This document shows, piece by piece, positions 1 to 9,900 of a stretch of DNA of 64,000 nucleotides (position 1 is the first letter of the stretch; each line of letters begins with the position of its first letter). A model generated the notes under the pieces. That model was given only the letters and a program-made list of their open reading frames with translations, was not told the DNA's origin and ran no database searches. The stretch spans positions 384,001 through 448,000 of the forward strand of contig CAWHEU010000022.1 in NCBI GenBank assembly GCA_963828465.1, in the 5' to 3' direction. Position numbers and translations under genes: made by a program. Source of the stretch: an uncultured Acidobacteriota bacterium (lineage in GTDB: Bacteria; Actinomycetota; Acidimicrobiia; Spongiisociales; ZC4RG35).

Positions 1-1
1 G

Positions 2-268
2 GGTGAGGGTGGGGCTACGACAACCGTTGATGTCGGGGCCGGTGGTCTGACCACGACGCCAGATGGCGAGGGTGGGGCCGAGGGCGGGGGCACCCTGGAT
101 CCAAGCCAAGAGACCAGCACCACGGGGGACGAAGTCGCAGGTGGCTCCGACGAAACCCTTCCCCGTACCGGCACCGGGCAGGTGTCGCTCAGTGGTCTGG
201 CCGGGCTGTCGTTGGCGGCCGGAGCCATTCTCTTGCTGCTGCTCCGACGACGATCTCGAGAGGACTGA
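2..268 (+). CDS. C-terminal part of an LPXTG cell-wall-anchored (sortase substrate) protein; 5' truncated by the window edge
   Basis: Frame starting at base 2 reads ...GGSDETLPRTGTGQVSLSGLAGLSLAAGAILLLLLRRRSRED*: LPRTG, then a hydrophobic helix, then a basic tail. Not in the ORF track because it has no start. Confidence 0.85.
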   Translation, partial: GEGGATTTVDVGAGGLTTTPDGEGGAEGGGTLDPSQETSTTGDEVAGGSDETLPRTGTGQVSLSGLAGLSLAAGAILLLLLRRRSRED

Positions 269-277
269 TCCGGCTAG

Positions 278-803
278 TCAGCCCGCTAGGAGCTCCAGAT
301 AGAGCTTCAGGTCCTTTCGCCCGAAGCACACGAAGAGGACCTTGTCGACCGCGCCGGGCTGTGGCGTGACCCAATCACTGACGGCGGCAACGGCCGTGTG
401 GGCCGCCAGCGGCTTGGGAAACAGGTAGACACCGGTGGAGATGCTCGGGAAGGCGACGCTTTTTGCGTCCACGTCTCTGGCCAGGTCGAGGCTGCTTCGA
501 TAGCACGAGGCCAACAACTCGACCGCCTCGTCCTCGGTGACGGTGCCCCAGATCGGGCCCACGGTGTGCACCACATGGCGGGCCGGCAGGTCGCCTGCGG
601 TGGTGATCACTGCCTGTCCGGTGGGCAGCTGACCCATGCTGGGCCACGATCTGCTTGCACTCGGCGAGGATGGTGGGCCCCCCGGCACGATGAATGGCGC
701 CGTCGACCCCGCCGCCACCCATCAACGACGAGTTGGCCGCATTGACGATTACGTCGGCGTCGACAGTGGTGATATCGCCCTGGATGGCCTCGAGTCGGGT
801 CAC
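278..803 (-). CDS. Macro-domain protein (O-acetyl-ADP-ribose deacetylase, YmdB/MacroD type), with an apparent frameshift near 630
   Basis: [30 protein letters not shown] in one frame; [35 protein letters not shown] in another. Removing one G from catGGGtcag (minus strand) joins them. Confidence 0.85.
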
Positions 804-847
804 GAACCGACTGTGGAGAGGGATCCTCCTCATTCAGGACGAGAAGC

Positions 848-1351
848 TCAGGCGACTGCGCTGGGTGTGTGGAGCCGGATCACTGAGCCGAGCAGGGCGG
901 ATTCCTCGGTGCGGGAGAATGCCCGACGGCGCACGGCCTCGGCTACGGCGTCCCGGCGCGGGTTGGGACCGCGTCCGAAAGCGTGCAAGGCGGCCTCGGT
1001 GCTCATGACTGCGGCCCGGAATGGATCGGGGAGCACCGCATTCAAGGCGACCAGCCATACCGACCTGGTGACTCTCGAGGCGGCCTCGAGACCGGTCATG
1101 AGGGCTCGCTCGATCGAGGCCAGCTCGTTCTCTCGACCCGCCGCGACCAGAGTCAACGCCTGATGCAGGAGGCGCTGAATCAGTTCCCGGGCCGGCTCGG
1201 TGAGGTCGGGGAGGTGATAACGAAACACGATCGAAGCACAGTCGATGGCGTAGAGCCGGGCGTACGGCTCGTCCCAGTCTCCGAGGCGGTAGCGCTCGAC
1301 CTCGAGAAGTGCGGAAATGCTGTCGAGGCCGTCATACCGGCTCGACATCAT
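848..1351 (-). CDS. Hypothetical helical protein; start uncertain, ORF open up to 1489
   Basis: Long ORF with protein-like composition, co-oriented with the macro-domain gene; no family recognised. Confidence 0.55.
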   Translation of the reverse strand: MMSSRYDGLDSISALLEVERYRLGDWDEPYARLYAIDCASIVFRYHLPDLTEPARELIQRLLHQALTLVAAGRENELASIERALMTGLEAASRVTRSVWLVALNAVLPDPFRAAVMSTEAALHAFGRGPNPRRDAVAEAVRRRAFSRTEESALLGSVIRLHTPSAVA

Positions 1352-1561
1352 CCCGCCCGCTTCCACGTGGTTTGGTGCCACCATCACCGTTGTCCTTGCC
1401 CTTTCCTGGAAACCCATTTGCCTGTCCTGTGGATAATCCACAATTTCCGACGATTTGGGCATGGGCCGCATGGCCCATTCTTTCCACAACCATCTGAACT
1501 AGTCCCCTGGACCCAGAGACATGCCGGGATTGCGGCGACCCTCGGCTAGATTGCCCCGCTT

Positions 1562-1683
1562 ACCGCCGAACCTGGCATGTGCCGGGTGGGGGGAACCAAC
1601 CCCATCGGGGGCGAATCCCGGCATCGAGGGCCGGGTAGGGCGAACTTCCAGCCCGAGCCCGTCAGCTAACTCCCAAGGCGACA
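1562..1683 (+). ncRNA. c-di-AMP (ydaO/yuaA) riboswitch
   Basis: Contains the hallmark blocks GCCGAA..GGGGGAACC..GGGGCGAATC..TAGGGCGAACTTC..CCCGAGCCCGTCAGCTAACTCCC..GGCG and lies directly upstream of a cation antiporter, a typical regulon member. Confidence 0.88.
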
Positions 1684-1707
1684 GAGGAAGAAAAAGAGGC
1701 ACCGACT

Positions 1708-3822
1708 TTGGAGACGTTCAGCGCCGCCTCCCACGGTGAGGTCTTGCAACTCGTGATACAGATCGCGGTGTTGCTCGCCGCCGCCCGCTTCCTCGGTGGG
1801 TTGGCACAGAGGATGGGTCAGCCGGCGGTGGTCGGCGAGATCCTGGCCGGAGTGATCTTGGGCCCATCGATCCTGTCCGGACTGGTGCCGTGGATCGGGG
1901 AGTGGATCCTGCCCCAGACGGAGGCCCAGGGTTACATGCTCGAGGTCGTGGCCTTGATCGGGGTCATGCTGTTACTGGTCATAACTGGTTTCGAGACCGA
2001 CTTGGCGCTCATCCGGCGTCGCTTTGGAGTAGCTCTCGGAGTCGCGGTGGGCGGTCTCGTAGTCCCCTTCGTCACGGGTTTGGCCCTGGGATTTGCACTG
2101 CCAGAGAGCCTTCTCGTCGACCCATCGGATCGAACGGTTTTCGCCCTCTTCGTGGCCACCGCCCTTTCCATCTCGGCGATCCCGGTGCTGGCCAAGATCC
2201 TGATGGACCTCGACCTCATGCGGCGGGAGTTCGGTCAAACGGTCCTCGCCGCCGGAATGATCGATGACATCACAGGCTGGACGATGCTGGGGGTGGTCAC
2301 CGCCCTGGCCAGCGCCGAGGCCATCACCGCCGGTTCGGTAGTGCTGACCTTCGCCATGGTGGCCATATTCATCCTGATGACGATGACAGTCGGGCGATTT
2401 GTCGTCGAGAGAGGACTGGGCCTGATTCAGGACCGATTCCGGGGTCGGGACGCCATCCTGACTTTGGTGGTCGTGCTCGCATTTGCCTGGGGTGCCTTCA
2501 GCCAGGCGCTCCGGCTCGAGCCGGTGATTGGAGCGTTTGCCATCGGCATCCTTTTCGGTCGTCTGCCGCGACTTCCCACGGACGTCGTCCACAAGCTGGA
2601 GAGCATGGCCTTAGCCGTCTTTGCTCCGATCTTCTTCGCGGTGGCGGGCCTCAAGGTGGACATCCGCGCCATCCTCCAGCCCGACCTCATCTTTGTTGCC
2701 GCGCTGGTGATCCTGATCGCCACCTTCGGCAAGGTCGCCGGCGCTTACGTGGGGGCCAGATATCTCTCGGGCCAGGACCACTGGTCTGCACTGGCCTATG
2801 GCGCCGGTCTCAACGCACGTGGGGCCGTCGAGATCATCATCGCCACCATCGGGCTCTCGCTGGGGATCCTGACGACCGAGATGTTCTCCATCATCGTGCT
2901 CATGGCTGTGGTGACGTCCATCGCGGCGCCCGCCGGACTTCGGTATTGCCTGGCGCGGGTCCAGCCTGGCGATGAGGAGGAGTTGAGATTGGCCCGTGAG
3001 GAGGTGCTGAAAGGCAGTTTCCTCGCCGGGTTGAAACGGGTCCTGGTGCCGGTCAGGCCTCGGATAGGTCAAGTGGGCACGCAGACGATCCAGGCGGTGC
3101 TGGTGGCCCGCCTCGGTGAGGCCAGCGACATCTCGACCACGCTTCTGGCCGTTGCCGGGGATCAGGACCGCGTTCTCGCCGGCGCCTATGTCAACTCGCT
3201 CCGCGCCGTCTTCAGGGATCGGGGGACCACGACACGGATCGTTTCCAGCCAGGATCCGGTGGAGGCGATCCTGCACGAGGCTGAAGCCGACTATGACCTG
3301 CTGGTCATCGGCACGCCCACGATGAGTGGCTCAGGCCAAGGAGTGTTCGGGCCGGTCATCGACGATCTCATCAAGCTCTCCCGCACCCCGACCCTGGTGG
3401 TGAGAGGAGAGAACGTCCCCGAAGACTGGGCTCCCAGCCGGATTCTGGTCCCGGCTAGTTCCAGCACGAGCTCCCGAAACGCTGCGGACCTCGCCTTCGC
3501 CATCGCCGGGGCGGACGCAGTGGTGACCGGGGTGCATGTGGTGACGCCGTCTCGGCTCTCGGGAATGCGGCCCAACGTCGCGCTCGACGTGACAGCCGAA
3601 TTCGAGATCCTCGCCACACGGATGGGCCAGCATGTCGAGACCGAGGTTCGCGAGGCGGATGACATCGAAACAGGGATCCTCGAAGCCTTGACTGAATTCG
3701 ATGCCGACCTGCTGGTCCTGGGCACCAATGTCCGTGCCGGCACCACGCACCTGCACCTCGGCCCGCGTGTCGAGTATCTGACCCGGCTGGCGCCCTGCCC
3801 TGTCGTGATCTTGAACAGCTAG
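1708..3822 (+). CDS. CPA2-family cation:proton (probably K+) antiporter with two C-terminal universal-stress-protein domains
   Basis: GQPAVVGEILAGVILGPS, many TM helices, GLNARGAVEIIIA; C-terminal RVLVPV..DLLVIG..PTLVV and RILVPA..DLLVLG..APCPVVI USP repeats. TTG start. Confidence 0.9.
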   Translation: METFSAASHGEVLQLVIQIAVLLAAARFLGGLAQRMGQPAVVGEILAGVILGPSILSGLVPWIGEWILPQTEAQGYMLEVVALIGVMLLLVITGFETDLALIRRRFGVALGVAVGGLVVPFVTGLALGFALPESLLVDPSDRTVFALFVATALSISAIPVLAKILMDLDLMRREFGQTVLAAGMIDDITGWTMLGVVTALASAEAITAGSVVLTFAMVAIFILMTMTVGRFVVERGLGLIQDRFRGRDAILTLVVVLAFAWGAFSQALRLEPVIGAFAIGILFGRLPRLPTDVVHKLESMALAVFAPIFFAVAGLKVDIRAILQPDLIFVAALVILIATFGKVAGAYVGARYLSGQDHWSALAYGAGLNARGAVEIIIATIGLSLGILTTEMFSIIVLMAVVTSIAAPAGLRYCLARVQPGDEEELRLAREEVLKGSFLAGLKRVLVPVRPRIGQVGTQTIQAVLVARLGEASDISTTLLAVAGDQDRVLAGAYVNSLRAVFRDRGTTTRIVSSQDPVEAILHEAEADYDLLVIGTPTMSGSGQGVFGPVIDDLIKLSRTPTLVVRGENVPEDWAPSRILVPASSSTSSRNAADLAFAIAGADAVVTGVHVVTPSRLSGMRPNVALDVTAEFEILATRMGQHVETEVREADDIETGILEALTEFDADLLVLGTNVRAGTTHLHLGPRVEYLTRLAPCPVVILNS

Positions 3823-3897
3823 GCGCAGCCCGTCATCGACGGTGGTCCCCAGCCAATTGGGACGCGCACGACCGCATGTGACATCTCTCTGTCCCGA

Positions 3898-4899
3898 TTA
3901 CGCAGGGCTGATCGCGAGGTCCCCGGCGCGAAGCCAGCAGGCAGCCTGGTGATGGGGGCCCTGGGGGGAATCCATCAACATGGGATCCTCGACATCGCAG
4001 AGGGATTGTCGGGCGATGGGACAACGAGGGTGGAAATGACATCCGCGGGGTGGGTTGAGTGGCGAAGGGATCTCGCCTTGCAGGATCCTGCGGTTCCGAG
4101 GCCGGTCGGGGTCAGCGATCGGGATCGCGGAGAGAAGAGCCTCGGTATAGGGGTGGAGCGGGTTTCGATACAGGGTGTCCCGATCGGTCAACTCCACGAC
4201 ACGGCCGAGGTACATGACCGCGACCCGATCCGAGATGTGCTCGACGACAGCGAGATTGTGGGCGACGAAGAGAAGGGTGAGGGCGAGCTCTTCCTGGAGC
4301 TCGGTGAGCAGATTGAGGACCTGGGCCTGCACCGAGACGTCCAGGGCAGAAACCGGCTCGTCCGCCACGACCAGGTCCGGTTTCAGGATGAGGGCGCGAG
4401 CGATGCCGATTCGCTGCCGTTGGCCACCGGAGAACTCGTGGGGGTAGCGGCTGGCATGGGACGCTCGGAGGCCGACGAGTTCCAGCATCTCTTTGACCCG
4501 CTCCTGCTGCTCATCCTTGGTTCCGATGCCATGGAGACGCAGGCCCTCGGCGATGGCCGGCCCGACCTGTGACCTGGGATCGAGCGAGCCATAAGGGTCC
4601 TGGAAGATGATCTGGACGCGTCGTCGGAAAGGCTTGAGGTCGTTGCCCGAGAGATGGGTGATGTCCTCACCGTCGAATTGGATCGTCCCGGACGTCGGCT
4701 CCATCAGCCGGGTCAGCATCCGGCCAAGGGTGGTCTTGCCACAGCCTGACTCGCCGACGAGGCCCAGAGTCTCCCCTTTGAAGATGTCGATAGAGACGCC
4801 GGCCACGGCCCGGACCGAGGCCACCTGACGTTGCAGGATGCCCCCACGGACGGGGAACTCCTTGACCAGGTCGCGGATCTCGACCAGCGTCTCAGTCAT
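3898..4899 (-). CDS. Dipeptide/oligopeptide ABC transporter ATP-binding subunit (DppF/OppF type)
   Basis: GESGCGKT Walker [19 protein letters not shown]-terminal oligo-HPY ([16 protein letters not shown]). Confidence 0.92.
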   Translation of the reverse strand: MTETLVEIRDLVKEFPVRGGILQRQVASVRAVAGVSIDIFKGETLGLVGESGCGKTTLGRMLTRLMEPTSGTIQFDGEDITHLSGNDLKPFRRRVQIIFQDPYGSLDPRSQVGPAIAEGLRLHGIGTKDEQQERVKEMLELVGLRASHASRYPHEFSGGQRQRIGIARALILKPDLVVADEPVSALDVSVQAQVLNLLTELQEELALTLLFVAHNLAVVEHISDRVAVMYLGRVVELTDRDTLYRNPLHPYTEALLSAIPIADPDRPRNRRILQGEIPSPLNPPRGCHFHPRCPIARQSLCDVEDPMLMDSPQGPHHQAACWLRAGDLAISPA

Positions 4900-5962
4900 C
4901 GGGGTCCTCGACCTTCTCCGGCCCGTAGTACAGCCAACAACGAACCTTGTGCCCCTCCTCTACTTCCCGCAGGTCGGGCTCGATCTCGGTACAGATCTGC
5001 AACGCATTCTCGACTCGCGGGATGCACCTCGGAGCGAAGCGGCAGCCCTTGGGGAGGTCGATCATCGAGGGCACTACCCCGGGGATCACATCGAGCTGGT
5101 CCCGGAGCGATCCCAGCACCGGGATGGATCCGATCAGCCCCTTGGTATATGGGTGCAGCGGGTTCCTGAAGATCGAGCGGACATCGGTCTCCTCGACGAT
5201 CTCGCCGGCGTACATGACCGATACCCGGTCGGCCATCTCGGCGACGATTCCGAGATCGTGGGTGATGAGGATGACTGAAGTGTTGGAAGTCTTCTGGAGG
5301 TCCCGGATGAGGTCGAGGATCTGGGCCTGGATGGTTACGTCCAGTGCAGTCGTCGGCTCGTCAGCGATCAACAACTCTGGCTCGCAGGCCAGGGCCATGG
5401 CGATCATGATCCGTTGCGCCATCCCTCCGGACAGCTCGTGCGGGTATGCCTCCGCCCGGCGCTTCGGATCGGGGATCCCGACCTTGGTCAGCATCTCGAT
5501 GACCTTCTCCTCCTCGACTTCGGCGCTCCAGTCACGGTGGAGCTCGAAGACCTCCTTGATCTGCGCACCCGCCCGGTAGACCGGGTTGAGAGCAGAGGTC
5601 GGTTGCTGGAAGATCATCGACATGTGCTCGCCGCGCAGGGCTCGGACCTCGTCGGCCTTCATCCTGGCGATGTCCTTGCCGCCGAAGAGGATCTCTCCGG
5701 CAACCACCTTCCCGGGGTGCGGGATCAGGCCCATGATCGAGAGCGAGGTCACCGACTTCCCGCATCCCGACTCTCCGACCAGGCCCAGGACCTCTCCGCG
5801 CTTGACATGGAAGTCGGCGCCGTCGACGGCTTTGACCACACCCTGCCTCGTGTCGAAATGGGTCTTGAGCCCTCGTACCTCGAGGAGAACTTCGCCTGCA
5901 GGCACCGGCAAGGGTGCGTCTGTATCTATGGCGCTCTCCGGGAGGGGTCGGGCCGCACTCAC
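4892..5962 (-). CDS. Dipeptide/oligopeptide ABC transporter ATP-binding subunit (DppD/OppD type)
   Basis: [33 protein letters not shown]. Confidence 0.92.
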   Translation of the reverse strand: MSAARPLPESAIDTDAPLPVPAGEVLLEVRGLKTHFDTRQGVVKAVDGADFHVKRGEVLGLVGESGCGKSVTSLSIMGLIPHPGKVVAGEILFGGKDIARMKADEVRALRGEHMSMIFQQPTSALNPVYRAGAQIKEVFELHRDWSAEVEEEKVIEMLTKVGIPDPKRRAEAYPHELSGGMAQRIMIAMALACEPELLIADEPTTALDVTIQAQILDLIRDLQKTSNTSVILITHDLGIVAEMADRVSVMYAGEIVEETDVRSIFRNPLHPYTKGLIGSIPVLGSLRDQLDVIPGVVPSMIDLPKGCRFAPRCIPRVENALQICTEIEPDLREVEEGHKVRCWLYYGPEKVEDPDD

Positions 5963-6890
5963 TTGTTGAGAGTGGGATCGAGAGCATCGCGAAGGCCGTC
6001 ACCCATCAGGTTGAAGCCAAGGACAGTGATCATGATTGCGAGCCCGGGGAAGATCATGAGATGGGGGGCGGTGAAGATCCTGTCGCGTTCCTCGGCGAGC
6101 ATCGAGCCCCATTCGGGAGTCGGGGGGACGGCACCGAGCCCGAGGAACCCCAGGGCAGCTGCCTCCAGGATCACGGTGGCGATGCCCAGCGTGCCGAGGA
6201 CGACTAGCGGAGTCAGGGCATTGGGGACGACCCGGGTGACGAGAACCTTCCATCGGGATGCGCCCAGGGCCCGGGAGGCCGACACGTAGTCGACCTCCTT
6301 GATCGAGAGCACCGATGCCCTCATCACCCGTGCGTACTGGGGAATGGTGACGATGGCGATGGCGAGCAGCGTGTTGCGGAGGCCAGGACCGAGAACGAAG
6401 ACGATGGCGATGGCCAGGATCAGGGACGGGAAACCGAGCACCACGTCCATGATCCGCATCATCACGTTGTCGCTCCACCCTCCTGCATATCCGGCGATCG
6501 CACCGATCACGGTCCCGATGACGATCGTGATGAGGACGGTCGTGAAACCGAGGGGAAGGCTCACCCTGGCCGCATAGATGACCCTGCTGAAGAAGTCCCT
6601 GACATTTCCGTCCAGCCCGAATATGTGCTGGGTCCCCTCGCACCCGAAGGCGTTGATGCAAGGGGGCAACCACCTCTCCGCTCCGGGCTGCCCGATGAAG
6701 TTCTCGTAGGGGTCGTAGGGGGCGATGAGCGGGGCGAATAAGCGACCAGGATCATGAAGCAGACCAGGATCAACCCCACGATCCCGACCTTCCGCTGAAA
6801 GAAGCGCCGTAGGACAATCCGCCACATCGAGCCCGGCTGCTCGAGCAGAGCCTCAGGGTCGGGCACGGTGATATCGGGCCGTAGCGTCAT
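5959..6890 (-). CDS. Peptide ABC permease (DppC/OppC type), with an apparent frameshift near 6740
   Basis: N-terminus (RRFFQRKVGIVGL) in ORF 6561-6890; remainder (FAPLIAPYDP..RDFFSRVIY..TPEWGSML..GDGLRDALDP) in ORF 5959-6825. Confidence 0.85.
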
Positions 6891-7966
6891 TCCAGCCTCA
6901 CTCTCGGGTCCAGATAGCCATAGGAGACGTCAACCAACAAGTTCACGACCACATAGGTGGTGGCGATGATCAGGGTGAAACCCTGGATGATGGGGAAGTC
7001 CCTGGCGGTGATCGCCTCGAAAAGGGCTGTGCCCACTCCGGCCAGCCCAAATACCGTCTCGGTGAGCACGGCGCCGCCGAGCAGCAGCCCCAGCTGGAGC
7101 CCGATGATGGTCACGACCGGGAGCATCGCATTGCGGAGGGCGTGCCTTCTCACAACCTTTCGCTCGATCGCTCCCTTGGCCCGGGCGGTGCGGATGTAAT
7201 CGCGGCCCAGTACGTCGAGGAGCGATGACCGGGTCATCCGGGCGATGATGGCCATGGGAATCGTTGCCAGTGTGATGGCGGGGAGGATGAGGTGCTTGAA
7301 CCCGTCCCAGAACACCGCCCATTGGGCGCTGATCAGGGCGTTGGTCACCGTCATGTAGGAGACGAACTCGGCGGCGGTCGCCACGAATCCCTCCTCGGCG
7401 ATCTCCCAGCCCCACACCTCGTAGAACGGGAGTCCGCGGTTTCCCGGGCTGAGCGACCCGCTGGGCGGCAAGGCGAAGATCGTGCCCGACAGGACGACGG
7501 CGAACAGATAGGCGAGCAACAAACCAAGCCAGAAGATGGGCATGGAGACGCCGACATTGGCGAAGGCCATCGCCGCCACGTCGACGCCCGAGTTGTGTCG
7601 CCGTGCTGCGGCGATTCCGAGCGGGATTCCGACGATGATCGCCACACTCAGTGCGGCGATGGTGAGCTCGAGCGTCACCGGAAGCCGCTCGATGATTATC
7701 TGGGTGACCGGCCGGGAGAAGCGGATCGACTCTCCGAGGTCACCGCTGATCACGTTCCCGAAGTAGATGCCGAGTTGGACGATGATCGGCTCGTTGAGGC
7801 CGTTTGCCTCATTGAATCGCTCACAGGCCTCGGCCGTCGCCCTCTCGCCAAGGATGGCGGTGCACGGTTCTCCAGGGAGCAGCCGGACCAGCAGGAACAC
7901 GAGGAGCAGGACCCCGATCAGGACGGGTATCGCGACCAGGATGCGGCGCAGGATGTATCCGATCAT
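6887..7966 (-). CDS. Peptide ABC permease (DppB/OppB type)
   Basis: YILRRIL..GDLGES..DYIRTARAKG..RDFPIIQG..LDPRVR. Confidence 0.92.
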   Translation of the reverse strand: MIGYILRRILVAIPVLIGVLLLVFLLVRLLPGEPCTAILGERATAEACERFNEANGLNEPIIVQLGIYFGNVISGDLGESIRFSRPVTQIIIERLPVTLELTIAALSVAIIVGIPLGIAAARRHNSGVDVAAMAFANVGVSMPIFWLGLLLAYLFAVVLSGTIFALPPSGSLSPGNRGLPFYEVWGWEIAEEGFVATAAEFVSYMTVTNALISAQWAVFWDGFKHLILPAITLATIPMAIIARMTRSSLLDVLGRDYIRTARAKGAIERKVVRRHALRNAMLPVVTIIGLQLGLLLGGAVLTETVFGLAGVGTALFEAITARDFPIIQGFTLIIATTYVVVNLLVDVSYGYLDPRVRLE

Positions 7967-7987
7967 TTCCTCTGTCCGGAGCGTAGA

Positions 7988-8019
7988 ACGGGGGGAGGCG
8001 CTGGTGCGCCTCCCCCCGT
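7988..8019 (-). terminator. GC-rich stem-loop between the substrate-binding gene and the first permease (mRNA stabiliser or partial terminator)
   Basis: acggggggaggcgc-tggt-gcgcctccccccgt is a perfect inverted repeat. Confidence 0.6.
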
Positions 8020-8042
8020 CATCAGTCAGAGTGATCAGAGCG

Positions 8043-9768
8043 TCATCCAGCCGCTGTCGTCGTGGGCGGCGGGTTGATCAGGCCACCCCAGAGGGCAGCC
8101 GGGTATTCGAACACTCCGGTGTTGCCGGTGTGCAGCGGGTTTGCTCCATCGAGCAAGGCGGACCATGAGGCGACCACGTCGTTGGCATCGAACGGAGAGC
8201 CGTCATGGAAGGTGACACCTTCGCGCAATGCGCAGGTCCACACCACGCCCTCGGCGTCCGGCACACACTCGGTGGCCAGCTTCGGCACGGCCTGTCCTTC
8301 GAGGTCGTATCCGTACAAGCGCTTCCTGGGTCTGCTGACACGCCGACAGTGATTCACCGTCGGTCTCATCGGGGCAGTAGAGCGAGATCGGCTCGGCGTT
8401 CTGGACGAACACCAGATCGGTGTCGCCCGGATTCATCAGAGCGAACTGTGGCGCACCGAATGGCGGTGTCACCGCTCCCTCCAGAGTGGCGAGCCCGGCA
8501 TTGGCCGCGGCTCCCCAAGCGATCGGAACCATCGGCACATCCTCGACGAGCAGATCGTTGATCTGCGCGTAGATGGGCTGCGCCGCCGCCGGGTCGACCG
8601 TCCCCGATCCCTCGATCACTGCGGCCGTGATGTCCGGGTTCATCACACCGAACTGGACGTTGATGCCACCGAAGTGATAGTCGAGGAAGTTCGTCACGTG
8701 CGGGTAGTCGGCGCCCCAGCCCAGCAGGTGGATGCCCTCCACCTGGCCGGCGGCCGTCGCCTCGATGAACGCGCCTGACTCCATGACCTCGACCGTGGCC
8801 TCGATCCCCAGATTCTCGGACAACTGGGCCCGGATGTCCTCGGCCACCGCCGTCGGCTCCGGGAGATAGACCCGGAACACGTCGCGGAGCGTGATCGTGG
8901 TCTCGAACCCATCGGGGAATCCGGCCTCTGCGAGCAGCGCCCGTGCCGCTTCGGGATCGAAGTCGGGGAACGGTGCGCCTTCACAGCCGTTCTCCAGGAT
9001 GCAAGGCGTGAAGTGGGTGGCCACTGCCGACCCTTCCGGGTAGAAGGTGTCGATGATCCTCTGCCGGTCGATGCCCAGCGCGATCGCCTGCCGCACCAGC
9101 GGGTTGTCGAACGGAGGGAACTGATTGTTGAACCCCGCGTAGAACACGTTCGGGTTGTTGTCGACGAGCAACTGCAGATTGGCATCACCCTCGATGCCGG
9201 CGTAGTCGCTGGCCGCAAGGTTGGTGATGAAGTCTGCATTGCCCGAGGTCAACTCGGTGATCCGCCCGGTGCTGTCCTCACGCCAGCGGAAGACCAGGGT
9301 GTCGAACGCCGGAGCCTCGCCCCAATAGTCGGGGTTCGCCTCGAAGACGATCTCGGAGCCACGTGCCCAGCCCCCTTCGGGGAGCATGAACGGACCCGTG
9401 CCTACCGGATTCTCCAGCGGGGAGCCGCCGGTCGCCTCGAGGTGCTCGGATGGCTGGATGGAGAACGGGACGAACGCAATCTTCACCAGGAATGCCGGGT
9501 CGGCCGCGCACAGGGTGAAGACGACCTCGCTCGGCGAGGTGGCTTCGATCTTGTTGATCTTGCCCCCGTAATCACAACCCCCCGAGTCGAGGGTGAGCAA
9601 TTCCGACGGCGCCTCGGTAGTGGCGACCGATGTGGTCGTCTCCCCGGCTGCCGTCGTCGTTGCCGCTTCCCCCCCGGTGGTTGTCGTCTCGTCGCCACCC
9701 TCGCTGGCACAAGCGCCGGCGATGAGGGCGAGTACTGCGACGAGCGCCAACCAGCGCATTCGTTTCAT
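8043..9768 (-). CDS. Family-5 peptide-binding lipoprotein (DppA-like), circularly permuted, with an apparent frameshift near 8320
   Basis: Lipobox LIAGAC, Thr-rich linker, PVGTGPF, VRQAIALGIDR, DPEAARALLAEAG. The LAT..WTCALREGVTFHDG..DVVAS block, normally N-terminal, is at the C-terminus (ORF 8043-8369). Confidence 0.85.
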
Positions 9769-9900
9769 ACTTTCTTCCTCCCTTGTTGGGTTAGGTCGCG
9801 GCGAAGGCAGGCCAACCCCGCGACTTCGCCCACGCTACCGGTTTCGATCGGACCGCGCGGCAAGTCTCGGCTACCTGCCAGGCGCTAATTACCCTTGACC

